Counted from the stretch's first letter, positions 19,970 to 28,505 are shown. The stretch is DNA of 64,000 nt from Verrucomicrobiota bacterium (GCA_025361935.1 JANYJB010000006.1:3344-67343); one strand, 5' to 3'. The notes: generated by a model not told the origin, from the sequence alone. Numbers and translations are program-made.

Positions 19970-21130
19970 ATGCCGCGCACCTCCCGTCGCACGTCGGTCT
20001 TCACCGAGTCGCTCATTCGCGAGATGTCGCGCGTCGCTGCGCAGCACGGCGCGATCAACCTCTCGCAAGGTTTTCCCGACGGTGATCCGCCCGCCGCGCT
20101 TGTGCAGGCAGCGAAGGACGCGATGGACGCCGGCCGCCACCAATATGCTGTCACCTGGGGTTCGCCGGAGTTGCGCGATGCGCTGGCGGCCAAACTCACG
20201 CGGTTCACCGGCCTCCCCGTCGATCCGTTGCGAGAACTGGTTGTTACTTGCGGCGCGACCGAGGCGATGCTCGCCGCCGTTATGACCGTGTGTGATCCGG
20301 GCGAGCGCATCGGGATGTTTTCGCCGTTCTACGAAAACTACAACGCCGACGCCATCCTGAGCGGAGCGAAGGCGGTTCATGTGCCGCTGCATCCGCCCGC
20401 CTACGGGTTTGATCCGGCGGAACTGCGCGCGGCGTTTGCGACGGGCGGCGGACTGAAGGCGTTCATTTTGTGCAATCCGTCGAATCCCTGCGGCCGCGTA
20501 TTCACGCGAGAGGAGCTGTTGCAAATAGCAGCGCTGGCGGAGGAGTTCGACACGTTTGTCATCACCGACGAAGTGTATGAGCACCTCGTGTTCGACGGGC
20601 GGAAGCATGTTTATTTCGCGACGTTGCCGGGGATGGCAAAGCGCACGCTGAGTGTGTCGTCGCTGTCGAAAACCTTTTCGATAACCGGCTGGCGTCTCGG
20701 CTACCTGCACGCCTCGCCGGAGATCGTTGCGCAGGCGCGCAAGGTCCACGATTTTCTAACGGTGGGTGCGGCGGCGCCGTTGCAGCATGCGGTCGTCACG
20801 GCGCTCGGCTGGGGTCCGGAGTATTACGCCGGGCTCTGCGCCGAATATCAGGCGCAGCGCGACGTGTTGCTCGGTTATCTCGACAAGACGGGGCTGCACT
20901 ACACGCGGCCCGAAGGCGCGTATTTCGTGATGCTCGACATCTCGCCGTTCGGTTTCGCGAGTGACGTGGAGTTCGCGCACTGGATGGCGAAGGAGATCGG
21001 CGTCGCGCCGGTGCCGGGATCGAGCTTCTTCGCCAATGGCGAGAACCGCTACGTGCGGCTCAACTTCGCCAAAAAACTCGCCACGCTGCACGCCGCAGGC
21101 GAGCGGTTGCTGAAGCTCAAACGCGGATGA
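19970..21130 (+). CDS. PLP-dependent class I/II aminotransferase (YbdL-like)
   Basis: AINLSQGFPD, NPSNPCG, DEVYE, SLSKTFSITGWRLG. Confidence 0.92.
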   Translation: MPRTSRRTSVFTESLIREMSRVAAQHGAINLSQGFPDGDPPAALVQAAKDAMDAGRHQYAVTWGSPELRDALAAKLTRFTGLPVDPLRELVVTCGATEAMLAAVMTVCDPGERIGMFSPFYENYNADAILSGAKAVHVPLHPPAYGFDPAELRAAFATGGGLKAFILCNPSNPCGRVFTREELLQIAALAEEFDTFVITDEVYEHLVFDGRKHVYFATLPGMAKRTLSVSSLSKTFSITGWRLGYLHASPEIVAQARKVHDFLTVGAAAPLQHAVVTALGWGPEYYAGLCAEYQAQRDVLLGYLDKTGLHYTRPEGAYFVMLDISPFGFASDVEFAHWMAKEIGVAPVPGSSFFANGENRYVRLNFAKKLATLHAAGERLLKLKRG

Positions 21131-22026
21131 TCACCACCGTCACGTTCAACCCCGCCATCGACCGCACGGTGGAGATTACGAACTTCACCGCGGGCGCGGT
21201 CAACCGTGTGGAGCACGCGAGCGACCGGGCGGGCGGGAAGGGTGTCAACGTCGCCGCCGCGCTCTCCGGAAACGGGCACGCCGTCGCGGCAATGGGATTT
21301 CTTGGTCGAGACAACGCCGATGTCTTCACGGCATTTTTCTCCGCTCACGGCATCGAGGATCGCTGCCTGCGGCTGCCCGGCTCGACGCGCACGGGCATCA
21401 AAATCGTCGATCCGTTGCGCGGGCAGACGACCGACATCAATTTTCCCGGGCTGTCGCCGTCGGCTGCTGATCTTGATGCGTTGCGCGGGCAACTGGCCGC
21501 GCTTTCCGGAGGCTGGTGCGTGCTGGCGGGCAGCCTGCCGCCCGGCGTGCCGACGGGCATTTATCGCGAGTTTATTTCCAATCTGAAAACCAGAGGCGTC
21601 CGCACGGTGCTGGACGCGAGTGGCGAGGCGTTGCGCGAGGCGCTGAAGGCCGCGCCCGATATCATCAAGCCCAACGTCCACGAACTCGAGGTGTTGATGG
21701 GAAAGGCACTGCCTGCCGAGGCCGACGTGATCGCGGCGGCGCGCGGGTTGGTTGCCGGTGGAGTGAAACTGGTCATTGTTTCGCGCGGTGCCGACGGGGC
21801 GTGCTTTGTCACGGCTGAGGAGGCTTTGGTGGTGCGTCCGCCGGTCGTCCGAGTTGGCAGCACGGTGGGTGCGGGCGATGCGATGGTGGCGGGCATAGTG
21901 AGCGCGCAGCTTCGCGGGATGCCACTGGCCGAGTGCGCCCGGTTGGCGACGGCGTTTGCCTTGGCTGCGCTTACGGGCACGACTCCGGCCGATTTTGTGG
22001 AGCAAGTGCAGGTAACCGCCGCTTAA
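21127..22026 (+). CDS. 1-phosphofructokinase family hexose kinase (PfkB/FruK)
   Basis: MITTVTFNPAID, GGKGVNVA, AGSLPPG, IKPNVHEL, STVGAGDAMVAG. Confidence 0.9.
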   Translation: MITTVTFNPAIDRTVEITNFTAGAVNRVEHASDRAGGKGVNVAAALSGNGHAVAAMGFLGRDNADVFTAFFSAHGIEDRCLRLPGSTRTGIKIVDPLRGQTTDINFPGLSPSAADLDALRGQLAALSGGWCVLAGSLPPGVPTGIYREFISNLKTRGVRTVLDASGEALREALKAAPDIIKPNVHELEVLMGKALPAEADVIAAARGLVAGGVKLVIVSRGADGACFVTAEEALVVRPPVVRVGSTVGAGDAMVAGIVSAQLRGMPLAECARLATAFALAALTGTTPADFVEQVQVTAA

Positions 22027-22034
22027 GCTGCCTC

Positions 22035-23312
22035 ATGCCGGCCCATCCCACATTTCGCGAGGCGCTGAGGTTTTGGCTGAAGCTGGGATTTATCAGCTTC
22101 GGCGGACCCGCCGGGCAAATCGCGATCATGCAGCACGAGCTGGTGGAGCGCAAAAAATGGATCGGGCAGGAGCGGTTTCTGCATGCGCTCAATTTCTGCA
22201 TGCTGCTGCCCGGGCCGGAGGCGCAACAACTGGCGGTTTACTGCGGCTGGCTGCTGCATCGCACGCGGGGCGGGATCGTGGCGGGCGTGTTGTTCGTGCT
22301 GCCGTCGGCGGTGATTTTGTGGGTGTTGAGCTATGTCTATGTCGCCTATGGCGAGGTGCCGTGGATTGCGGCGATTTTCTACGGGCTGAAGCCGGCGGTG
22401 ATGGCGATCGTGTTCGCGGCGGTGCTGCGGATCGGAAGCAAGGCGCTTAAAAACGGTGTCATGTGGGGGATCGCGACGGCGGCGTTCGGGTTGATCTTTT
22501 TTGCGAAAATGCCGTTTCCGGCGATTGTGTTTGGCGCGGCGCTGATCGGCTTCGCGGGCGGGCGGCTGGGGTGGAGCGCGTTGACCCCAACGCGCTCGGA
22601 TGAGGGGACTCAAACGAACGCGTTGGGGTCAACGCGTTCCACCTGGGTTTACTCGGCGCGGGTGGTGGCGGTGTGCGGTGGGCTGTGGGCGGCGCCGCTG
22701 GTCGCGGTGGGACTGTGGCAGGGGTGGTCGGGCACGCTGGCGCAGGAAGGGTTGTTTTTCAGCAAGGCGGCGATGGTGACGTTTGGCGGGGCCTACGCGG
22801 TGCTGCCGTATGTCGCGCAGCAGGCGGTGGAGACTCATTCGTGGCTGGCTGCGCCGCAGATGCTCGATGGGCTGGCGTTCGCCGAGACGACGCCGGGGCC
22901 GCTCATCATGGTGCTCCAGTTTGTGGGGTTCATGGGCGGGTGGAACCATCCGGGGGCGTTGTCTCCCCTGGTGGCGGCGACGCTCGGCGCGGCGATCACG
23001 ACGTGGGTGACGTTTGTGCCGTGCTTCCTGTGGATTTTTTTAGGTGCGCCGCACATCGAGCAGTTGCGCGGCCAGAAGGTTGTCACGGCGGCGCTCGGCG
23101 CGGTGACGGCGAGCGTGGTGGGCGTGATCCTGAATCTCGCGGTGTGGTTTGGCTGGCACGTGCTCGTGCCCACGGGAACGTGGGCGAGCGTGGACTGGTT
23201 TGCGGCGGCGGTGGGCGCGGGGGCGTTTGTGGCGCTGCACCGGTTCAAGGTGAACTTGATCGCGGTGATCGCGGCGAGCGGGGCGTTGGGGTTGGCGTGG
23301 AGCTGGGTGTGA
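22035..23312 (+). CDS. chrA: Long-chain chromate efflux transporter (CHR family)
   Basis: KLGFISFGGPAGQI, LLPGPEAQQ, TFGGAYAVL, ETTPGPLI; start moved to ATG 22035. Confidence 0.92.
   Translation: MPAHPTFREALRFWLKLGFISFGGPAGQIAIMQHELVERKKWIGQERFLHALNFCMLLPGPEAQQLAVYCGWLLHRTRGGIVAGVLFVLPSAVILWVLSYVYVAYGEVPWIAAIFYGLKPAVMAIVFAAVLRIGSKALKNGVMWGIATAAFGLIFFAKMPFPAIVFGAALIGFAGGRLGWSALTPTRSDEGTQTNALGSTRSTWVYSARVVAVCGGLWAAPLVAVGLWQGWSGTLAQEGLFFSKAAMVTFGGAYAVLPYVAQQAVETHSWLAAPQMLDGLAFAETTPGPLIMVLQFVGFMGGWNHPGALSPLVAATLGAAITTWVTFVPCFLWIFLGAPHIEQLRGQKVVTAALGAVTASVVGVILNLAVWFGWHVLVPTGTWASVDWFAAAVGAGAFVALHRFKVNLIAVIAASGALGLAWSWV
22570..22643. repeat. Palindromic repeat family A, copy 1 (in frame inside chrA)
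   Basis: GGTGGAGCGCGTTGACCCCAACGCGCT...AACGCGTTGGGGTCAACGCGTTCCACC; near-identical arms occur at 49929-50007 and 54026-54129. Confidence 0.9.
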
Positions 23313-23342
23313 GCGACGGCCAATACCGCCTGGTGAGGGGGG

Positions 23343-23426
23343 ATCTTTCTGTTTATTCTTTATCTTAATCTTTCTCGTCCGGCCCGGTGCGGTCGGGTCG
23401 GAACTGACGAAAGAGAAAGATTAAGA
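23343..23426. repeat. Pyrimidine/purine inverted repeat family B, diverged copy
   Basis: TCTTAATCTTTCTC (23363-23376) / GAGAAAGATTAAGA (23413-23426), a perfect 14-bp inverted repeat. Confidence 0.7.
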
Positions 23427-23550
23427 GGGCGGAGGGGGGCGAGGTAGGCGGTGCGGCGGCTGGTGCGATTTTAGGACTGATCGTCGCCTGCCAGCAGGCT
23501 CCTGCGTCTGAGCAGTGCGGCAGGCGGAGCAAGTTACACGGAAAGCGCGC

Positions 23551-25389
23551 CTACCAGTTGGCCATGGCGTTGCTGACCTCGGCGAGGTGGTGCGAGCCGT
23601 CTTCCTGAGCGACGATTGCGAAATTGCGCACGTGAAACGCCTTCAACGTGCTGCGGTGCGCGATGGTGAGGTAGGTCACGTCGGGCAACGTGGCGCGCAG
23701 GCTCAGGTAGAACGCGTGCTCGGCGTGTTCGTCCATCGCGGAGGTGGATTCGTCGAGGAACAACCAAGCCGGCTTGTGGATGAAAATGCGCGAGAGGGCG
23801 ACGCGTTGCTGTTCGCCGCCGGAGAGCGTCTGCGACCAGTGGGCTTCTTCGTCGAGGCGGGCGGCGAGGGTGGGAGCTTGCGCGAGGGCAAGGGCGGTGC
23901 GGATGGCTTCGTCGGTGAATTTCTCGGGCGGCTCGGGGTAGCAGACGGCGGCGCGGAGGGTGCCGATGGGGAGATAGGGTTTCTGCGGCATGACCATGCA
24001 GCGGAAAGGATCGGGCAGGTGAACGAGACCCTGTTCGTAGGGCCAGAGGCCCGCGAGGGCGCGGAGGAGGGTGCTCTTGCCGCAGCCTGACGGGCCGGTG
24101 ATGAGGACGGAATCGCCGGGCGACAGGCTGAAGGTCACGGGGGCGAGGAGCAGGCGTTCGTCGGGGCGGAAGAGGGCAAGGTCTTGCACTTCGAGGCGGT
24201 CGCCGGTGACACCGGAGTCGTAGATGCGGCTCTGGGTGGCGCGGAGTTGGCGGGAGTGCTCGATGCCGCGCACGAAGCCGTCGAGACGCTGGGTGACGGC
24301 CCACCAGCCGGCGAAGGTCTCGAAGCTGTTGATGAAAAGATTGAGGCTGCTCTGCACGCGTCCGAACGCACCGGTGAGCTGGGTCAACTGGCCGAGCGAG
24401 ATGATGCCGGCGAAGAAGCGCGGGGCGGAGAGGAGGAGCGGAACGGTGTCGGAGAGGCGAAAGTAAACGGACTTGAAGGCGTTGAGGTGGATCTGGCGGA
24501 CGAGGCGGGCGTTGAAGTTGCCCACGATGCGGCCGAAGCTTAGCCCGAGGGTGCGGCGCTCGGCGGGTTCGCCGTCGATGAGGGCGGTGCTTTCGCTGTT
24601 TTCGCGGAGGCGCATGAGGCCGAAGCGGAAGTCGGCCTCGAGTTTTTCCTGTTCGTAGGAGAGGCCGATGATTGGGCGGCCGACGCGGCTCACGAGCCAC
24701 GAGCCGAGCCACGAGTAGAGGAAGCAGAACCACACGAGATGCCCGGGGATGGCGGTGAGGAACGCCATGGTGGTTTCGTAGGCGTGCCAGAGCCAGAGGT
24801 AGGTGGCGCCCAGCCAGGCGACGTGGGTGGAAATGTCCACCGGGGGCGGACGGCCGAGCGGAGTGGGGGGACCCTCGGAGAGATTCCAGAGGATGACAAC
24901 GAAGGCGATGAAGCCGATTGCGGAGGAAAAGATCTGCATGAACAGATCGAGGGAGGTGAAGACGAAGCCGCGGATGTCCTCGCTGATGCGCTGGTCGGGG
25001 TTGTCGCCGCCGCCGGAGTCGAGCTGGCCGAGGTAGTGGGCGCGGTCGCCGAGCCATTGGTCGAGGAAGCGGGCGGTGAGCCAGCGGCGCCAGCGGATCT
25101 TGAGCGAGGAGAAGAGGAAATCTTCGGCGAGCCAGAAGGTGATCGAGAAAAAGATGAGCCCGATCATCACCGCGCCGAGATGCACGAAGTAGCTGTAATC
25201 GCCGCGCTGGACGGTGTTGAAGAAATCGCGGTTCCAGTAGGACAGGCGCACGCCGATCCAGTTTTGGAGCGCGGTGGTCGTGAGGACGCAGCCGAGCAGA
25301 AGGAGCGCGTGCCACTTTTCCTCGGAGGTCCAAAACGGTTTCGCCAGGCTCCAGAAGAGGCGGAGTTTTGAGACGAGGGCGTGGGGCAC
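23551..25389 (-). CDS. Fused ABC transporter permease/ATPase (YddA/BacA-like, ABCD-related)
   Basis: WRRWLT, DNPDQRISED, EADFRFGLMRLRENSE, GPSGCGKST, PQKPY, LSGGEQQR, LFLDESTSAMD. Confidence 0.92.
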   Translation of the reverse strand: MPHALVSKLRLFWSLAKPFWTSEEKWHALLLLGCVLTTTALQNWIGVRLSYWNRDFFNTVQRGDYSYFVHLGAVMIGLIFFSITFWLAEDFLFSSLKIRWRRWLTARFLDQWLGDRAHYLGQLDSGGGDNPDQRISEDIRGFVFTSLDLFMQIFSSAIGFIAFVVILWNLSEGPPTPLGRPPPVDISTHVAWLGATYLWLWHAYETTMAFLTAIPGHLVWFCFLYSWLGSWLVSRVGRPIIGLSYEQEKLEADFRFGLMRLRENSESTALIDGEPAERRTLGLSFGRIVGNFNARLVRQIHLNAFKSVYFRLSDTVPLLLSAPRFFAGIISLGQLTQLTGAFGRVQSSLNLFINSFETFAGWWAVTQRLDGFVRGIEHSRQLRATQSRIYDSGVTGDRLEVQDLALFRPDERLLLAPVTFSLSPGDSVLITGPSGCGKSTLLRALAGLWPYEQGLVHLPDPFRCMVMPQKPYLPIGTLRAAVCYPEPPEKFTDEAIRTALALAQAPTLAARLDEEAHWSQTLSGGEQQRVALSRIFIHKPAWLFLDESTSAMDEHAEHAFYLSLRATLPDVTYLTIAHRSTLKAFHVRNFAIVAQEDGSHHLAEVSNAMANW

Positions 25390-25464
25390 GCGGAGGAGTG
25401 AACGGGAAAAGAGGGAAAGGACAATCCCCGCGTTGGCGGGAAAGGGTCCAAATCTCAGAATTTT

Positions 25465-25548
25465 TTAACCACGAATGGAATCGCCCAACCGGGCGATTCG
25501 GTGGAAGCGGTTCCGGCCAATGGCCTCCACGATTAAACGGAGGGGCGG
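25465..25548. repeat. ~84-bp structured direct repeat, copy 1
   Basis: TTAACCACGAATGGAATCGCCCAACCGGGCGATTC...CAATG...CGGAGGGGCGG; aligns end to end with 25744-25826. Confidence 0.75.
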
Positions 25549-25588
25549 CTGATGCCACCATGGAAACGGCAGTCAGGAGATGCAGACT

Positions 25589-25732
25589 TCACACCTTCCA
25601 GCTTTTGAGTATCTTGATGTCGTTGGCGCGTTCGTGGGCGGGTAGATCGCGATGAGCTCGTTAAGCCCGGTAGGCGACGGAAGCGACGGCCTCGTTGGCG
25701 TCGAGAGTGGCGAAATGCGGGGCGGCGGAAGG
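25589..25732 (-). pseudogene. Deletion scar: 5' stub of pyruvate:ferredoxin oxidoreductase (nifJ-type) joined to the 3' stub of a dihydroorotate-dehydrogenase-like gene
   Basis: Minus strand reads FATLDANEAVASVAYR, one extra base, LNELIAIYP (PFOR N-terminal consensus DGNEAVAxVAY..EVIAIYPITP), then PAHERANDIKILKSWKV* (cf. ERANY.K.L.S tail of DHOD-like proteins). No start codon. Confidence 0.7.
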
Positions 25733-25743
25733 CCGGAGTTTTA

Positions 25744-25826
25744 TTAACCACTAATGAAATCCGCCAATCGGCGGATTTTTTGGGAGTGGCCTCTCGCAAT
25801 GCTCCGGCTGTGAAGCGGAGGGGCGG
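25744..25826. repeat. ~84-bp structured direct repeat, copy 2
   Basis: TTAACCACTAATGAAATCCGCCAATCGGCGGATTT...CAATG...CGGAGGGGCGG. Confidence 0.75.
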
Positions 25827-25933
25827 AATTATGACGGCTGGAGGAAGTCGGGCCAGGTGGTGAAGCCGTCTTTGGCGTAAATGGCGGACGGGTTGGGGGA
25901 CCTTTTAGGTTCGACCTAACTTTGACTGAAAAC

Positions 25934-26194
25934 TCAGTGTTTTCTTGGGGTAAGTTCGTGCCAATCCATTTGTTTTGGCAGTAGATCGACCGGTGGCACG
26001 CGAAGGATTTTGGCGAGCATCACCAGCTCAAAATCACCAACCCAACGAACCCTTCCTTCAATGGCGGCGATGATGCTGCGCGAAATATCCCAGCCCGCGA
26101 CCTGGCACTTGGCGGCCAACGCTCCCTGCGACCAACCGAGTTGATCCCGGTATCGGCGCACTTGCGGTCCGACGATGTTTTTAGGCCGTGGCAT
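25934..26194 (-). CDS. XRE-family HTH transcriptional regulator
   Basis: NIVGPQVRRYR...WSQGALAAK...ISRSIIAAIEG..R...LAKILRV...LLP, 86 aa. Confidence 0.88.
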   Translation of the reverse strand: MPRPKNIVGPQVRRYRDQLGWSQGALAAKCQVAGWDISRSIIAAIEGRVRWVGDFELVMLAKILRVPPVDLLPKQMDWHELTPRKH

Positions 26195-26259
26195 TGTCTG
26201 GTTTTCGAGACTTGACTGTAACAGTCGGCGGCAGACCTAATGTCTTGAAAACCAGACAT
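26195..26259. promoter_or_regulatory. Two inverted copies of a GTCT-N8-AGAC operator-like palindrome in the divergent promoter
   Basis: TGTCTGGTTTTCGAGAC (26195-26211) and GTCTTGAAAACCAGACA (26242-26258) are 16/17 reverse complements; TTGACT and a GACTGT-A-ACAGTC palindrome lie between them. Confidence 0.7.
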
Positions 26260-26307
26260 TATGCCGAGTGCGGCAGAAGTTGAATGTAAAGCCTCCGCCC
26301 ATCACCC

Positions 26308-27120
26308 ATGATCGACCCGTTAGCGGACAATTTATCAACGCCGGACGTTCTTCACGGCAGGCGCGAGATTGACGCTCTTTATACGCCACTCGACGAGGCG
26401 GTCGTAGAATTGCACAAACGGCGACAGGATACCCGGCTCTTGCAGCGAGTCGCAGATTTTCACCAAGAGCTGCCGCCGACTTTTATGCCAGACGATCCCG
26501 TGGGCGTTTTGTTCCGGCATATTCAGACGCCCAACCACGAGTTTGAGGTATTTGATGCGAGCATTCAGCAAGCCGCACTCCAGCCGCTTTGTTTGGAATA
26601 CGCGCAGGATAACTTCTACTCGTGGAATCAAGATAAGCACCGCCTTTGCCAGCCCGTATTTTGTCTGACACCCAATCACCTCAATCATCTGCGCTTGGTA
26701 AATTTCAACGGCATAGAAAAATGTCCGTTGAGCGGCATCAAAACCAAGAACGGCTTACTGCTGACGGACTATCATCACGCCCTGCTTGAGCATACGAAGC
26801 CGGGCAACGCGTGCTCCATCATCGACATTTCACCGTGGTTTTTCGACGCGAGCCGGGGGGATTATTATTACCTCCGGTTCTTGGCCCTTTTTATCTGTCA
26901 CGGTATCCTCTTTGAAAACTTCGTTGCCGCCGATGAGTCGGAACTCCGTTTCACCCGCGAAAAAGTCATTCCAAGTTTCGGCAAGGCGAGGGAGCTCTTT
27001 GGCGTCCGCCCGTTGATTGTGCCCATCATGTCGGTAGCGACGGAAGACAGTGACCGCTGGCGCTGCCATCCCGGCGCACTCTGGAACTTCGCCCAAGAAC
27101 TCCTGCATCCAAAACCATAA
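26308..27120 (+). CDS. Hypothetical soluble protein, 270 aa
   Basis: Clean ORF with globular composition; its stop abuts the next start (TAAATG). No family recognised with confidence. Confidence 0.8.
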   Translation: MIDPLADNLSTPDVLHGRREIDALYTPLDEAVVELHKRRQDTRLLQRVADFHQELPPTFMPDDPVGVLFRHIQTPNHEFEVFDASIQQAALQPLCLEYAQDNFYSWNQDKHRLCQPVFCLTPNHLNHLRLVNFNGIEKCPLSGIKTKNGLLLTDYHHALLEHTKPGNACSIIDISPWFFDASRGDYYYLRFLALFICHGILFENFVAADESELRFTREKVIPSFGKARELFGVRPLIVPIMSVATEDSDRWRCHPGALWNFAQELLHPKP

Positions 27121-27675
27121 ATGAGCAGTGGCAAAAACAGGTTCATCATAAAAAACACCCGAAAATATGGTAAGGGTGTCTTTGCCTCTAAAAATATCGG
27201 CAAAGGAGATGTGATACACATCCTTTCAGGGGAAAGACTGGATATCAAAGATGTCGTGAAGCGAGTTCTTGCGGGAGGTGAATTGATAGACGATCCGCTC
27301 CAGATAGGGAGACGCACGTATCTCGATCTCGATCAGCTCTCCCGGATGTTTAACCATAGCTGTGATCCCAATGCTGGGGTCAAAGGCGTAAGCGATCTTT
27401 TTGCCCTGAGAGACATCGGACTGGGAGAGGAAATCACCTATGATTACTCTCTTACGATCGCACCCACGGAGTGGGCGATGAGGTGCCAGTGTGGATCATC
27501 AAAATGCCGCCAAGTAATCGGAGACATTTTGAGTGTGCCCAGCAAACGACGTAAAGAATATAGGAAAATGGGCGCACTCCAGATATACCAGCGGCGGCTT
27601 CTGAAGGAAATCGACGAAGAGCGTTATCAAATTCCGAGGTATGAAATCGCTGCGCTGGAAAGGTTGAAATCGTGA
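27121..27675 (+). CDS. SET-domain protein-lysine N-methyltransferase with post-SET cysteines
   Basis: GKGVFA, FNHSCDPN, GEEITYDY, CQCGSSKCR. Confidence 0.93.
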   Translation: MSSGKNRFIIKNTRKYGKGVFASKNIGKGDVIHILSGERLDIKDVVKRVLAGGELIDDPLQIGRRTYLDLDQLSRMFNHSCDPNAGVKGVSDLFALRDIGLGEEITYDYSLTIAPTEWAMRCQCGSSKCRQVIGDILSVPSKRRKEYRKMGALQIYQRRLLKEIDEERYQIPRYEIAALERLKS

Positions 27676-28169
27676 ATCAGGAACATCGCGTCGCCCGGAG
27701 CACAGCGGAGATCGCCACGGGATTCCTCACCTGGCACGCCTTGGAGTATGCCTTCGACTGCGCCCTGTATCCGTTCGCGATTTGGAAGCTGGGGCTGTGG
27801 CGCGGTGGCGCGCTCATGGCCGTGCTCTCGTTGCTTTCATGTCTGCTTCTGTTGTGGCTCTACGACAAGCTGAAGCGTGACTGGTTCGGGATCGAGTTGG
27901 CGAAGGAACTGCGGCTCTACTCCGGGCCATCACGTTGGAAGCGTGCCATGGCAAGGCTACTTGGTCGCGGCGATGCGGTGGCGTTCATCGTGCTCTCGCT
28001 GCGCTTCGATCCGTTCATCACGACCGCCTACATCCGGCATGGGGCCTATAACGGGCTCGCACGGCGGGATTGGAAAATCTTTCTCGGCAGCGTCGCCCTC
28101 AGCAACGCCGCGTGGGCGCTGGTATGTTTTGGCGGGGTCGAAGCGGTGCGTCGGCTGGGTAGATTTTAG
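27672..28169 (+). CDS. Hypothetical multi-pass membrane protein
   Basis: GTGA overlap with the SET gene; 3-4 hydrophobic segments. Confidence 0.75.
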   Translation: MNQEHRVARSTAEIATGFLTWHALEYAFDCALYPFAIWKLGLWRGGALMAVLSLLSCLLLLWLYDKLKRDWFGIELAKELRLYSGPSRWKRAMARLLGRGDAVAFIVLSLRFDPFITTAYIRHGAYNGLARRDWKIFLGSVALSNAAWALVCFGGVEAVRRLGRF

Positions 28170-28182
28170 GGGGAGAGCGAGC

Positions 28183-28418
28183 ATCGCCTGCAAGCAGACC
28201 CGTGCGGTTGAGCCGTGCGCAGCGCCGGGCGTGTGACGCGTAGGGAAATCGTTCTCGTTCTCATACTCGTTCTTCGTTCTCGATCCGAAACGGATGAGGA
28301 GAGAACGAGTAGGAGAACGAAGAACGAGAACGATCAGGAGCGGCTGGAGAGGGGAAATATCGCCTTCAAGCAGACTCCTACATGGCAGAGGCGGAATCGC
28401 GCATAAATGCGCTCCTAC
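28183..28418. repeat. Repeat hotspot: three GTAG-type REP half-copies and a family B inverted repeat
   Basis: ATCGCCTGCAAGCAGAC (28183), family B ATCGTTCTCGTTCT...AGAACGAGAACGAT (28248-28334), ATCGCCTTCAAGCAGACTCCTAC (28359), ATCGCGCATAAATGCGCTCCTAC (28396). Confidence 0.75.
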
Positions 28419-28505
28419 GCGCGGAACAAAGTAACCTATTGGGTTACTTTGGGCGGTCCCTGCCCCGACTGGTCGAGTGAACAGGGTTCTGATCTACCCG
28501 CCGGT

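Noticed and set aside
21127-22026. FruK-like kinase without adjacent PTS genes as a novel pathway
   Set aside because: Orphan PfkB kinases are common, and nothing functionally links it to the aminotransferase or chrA.
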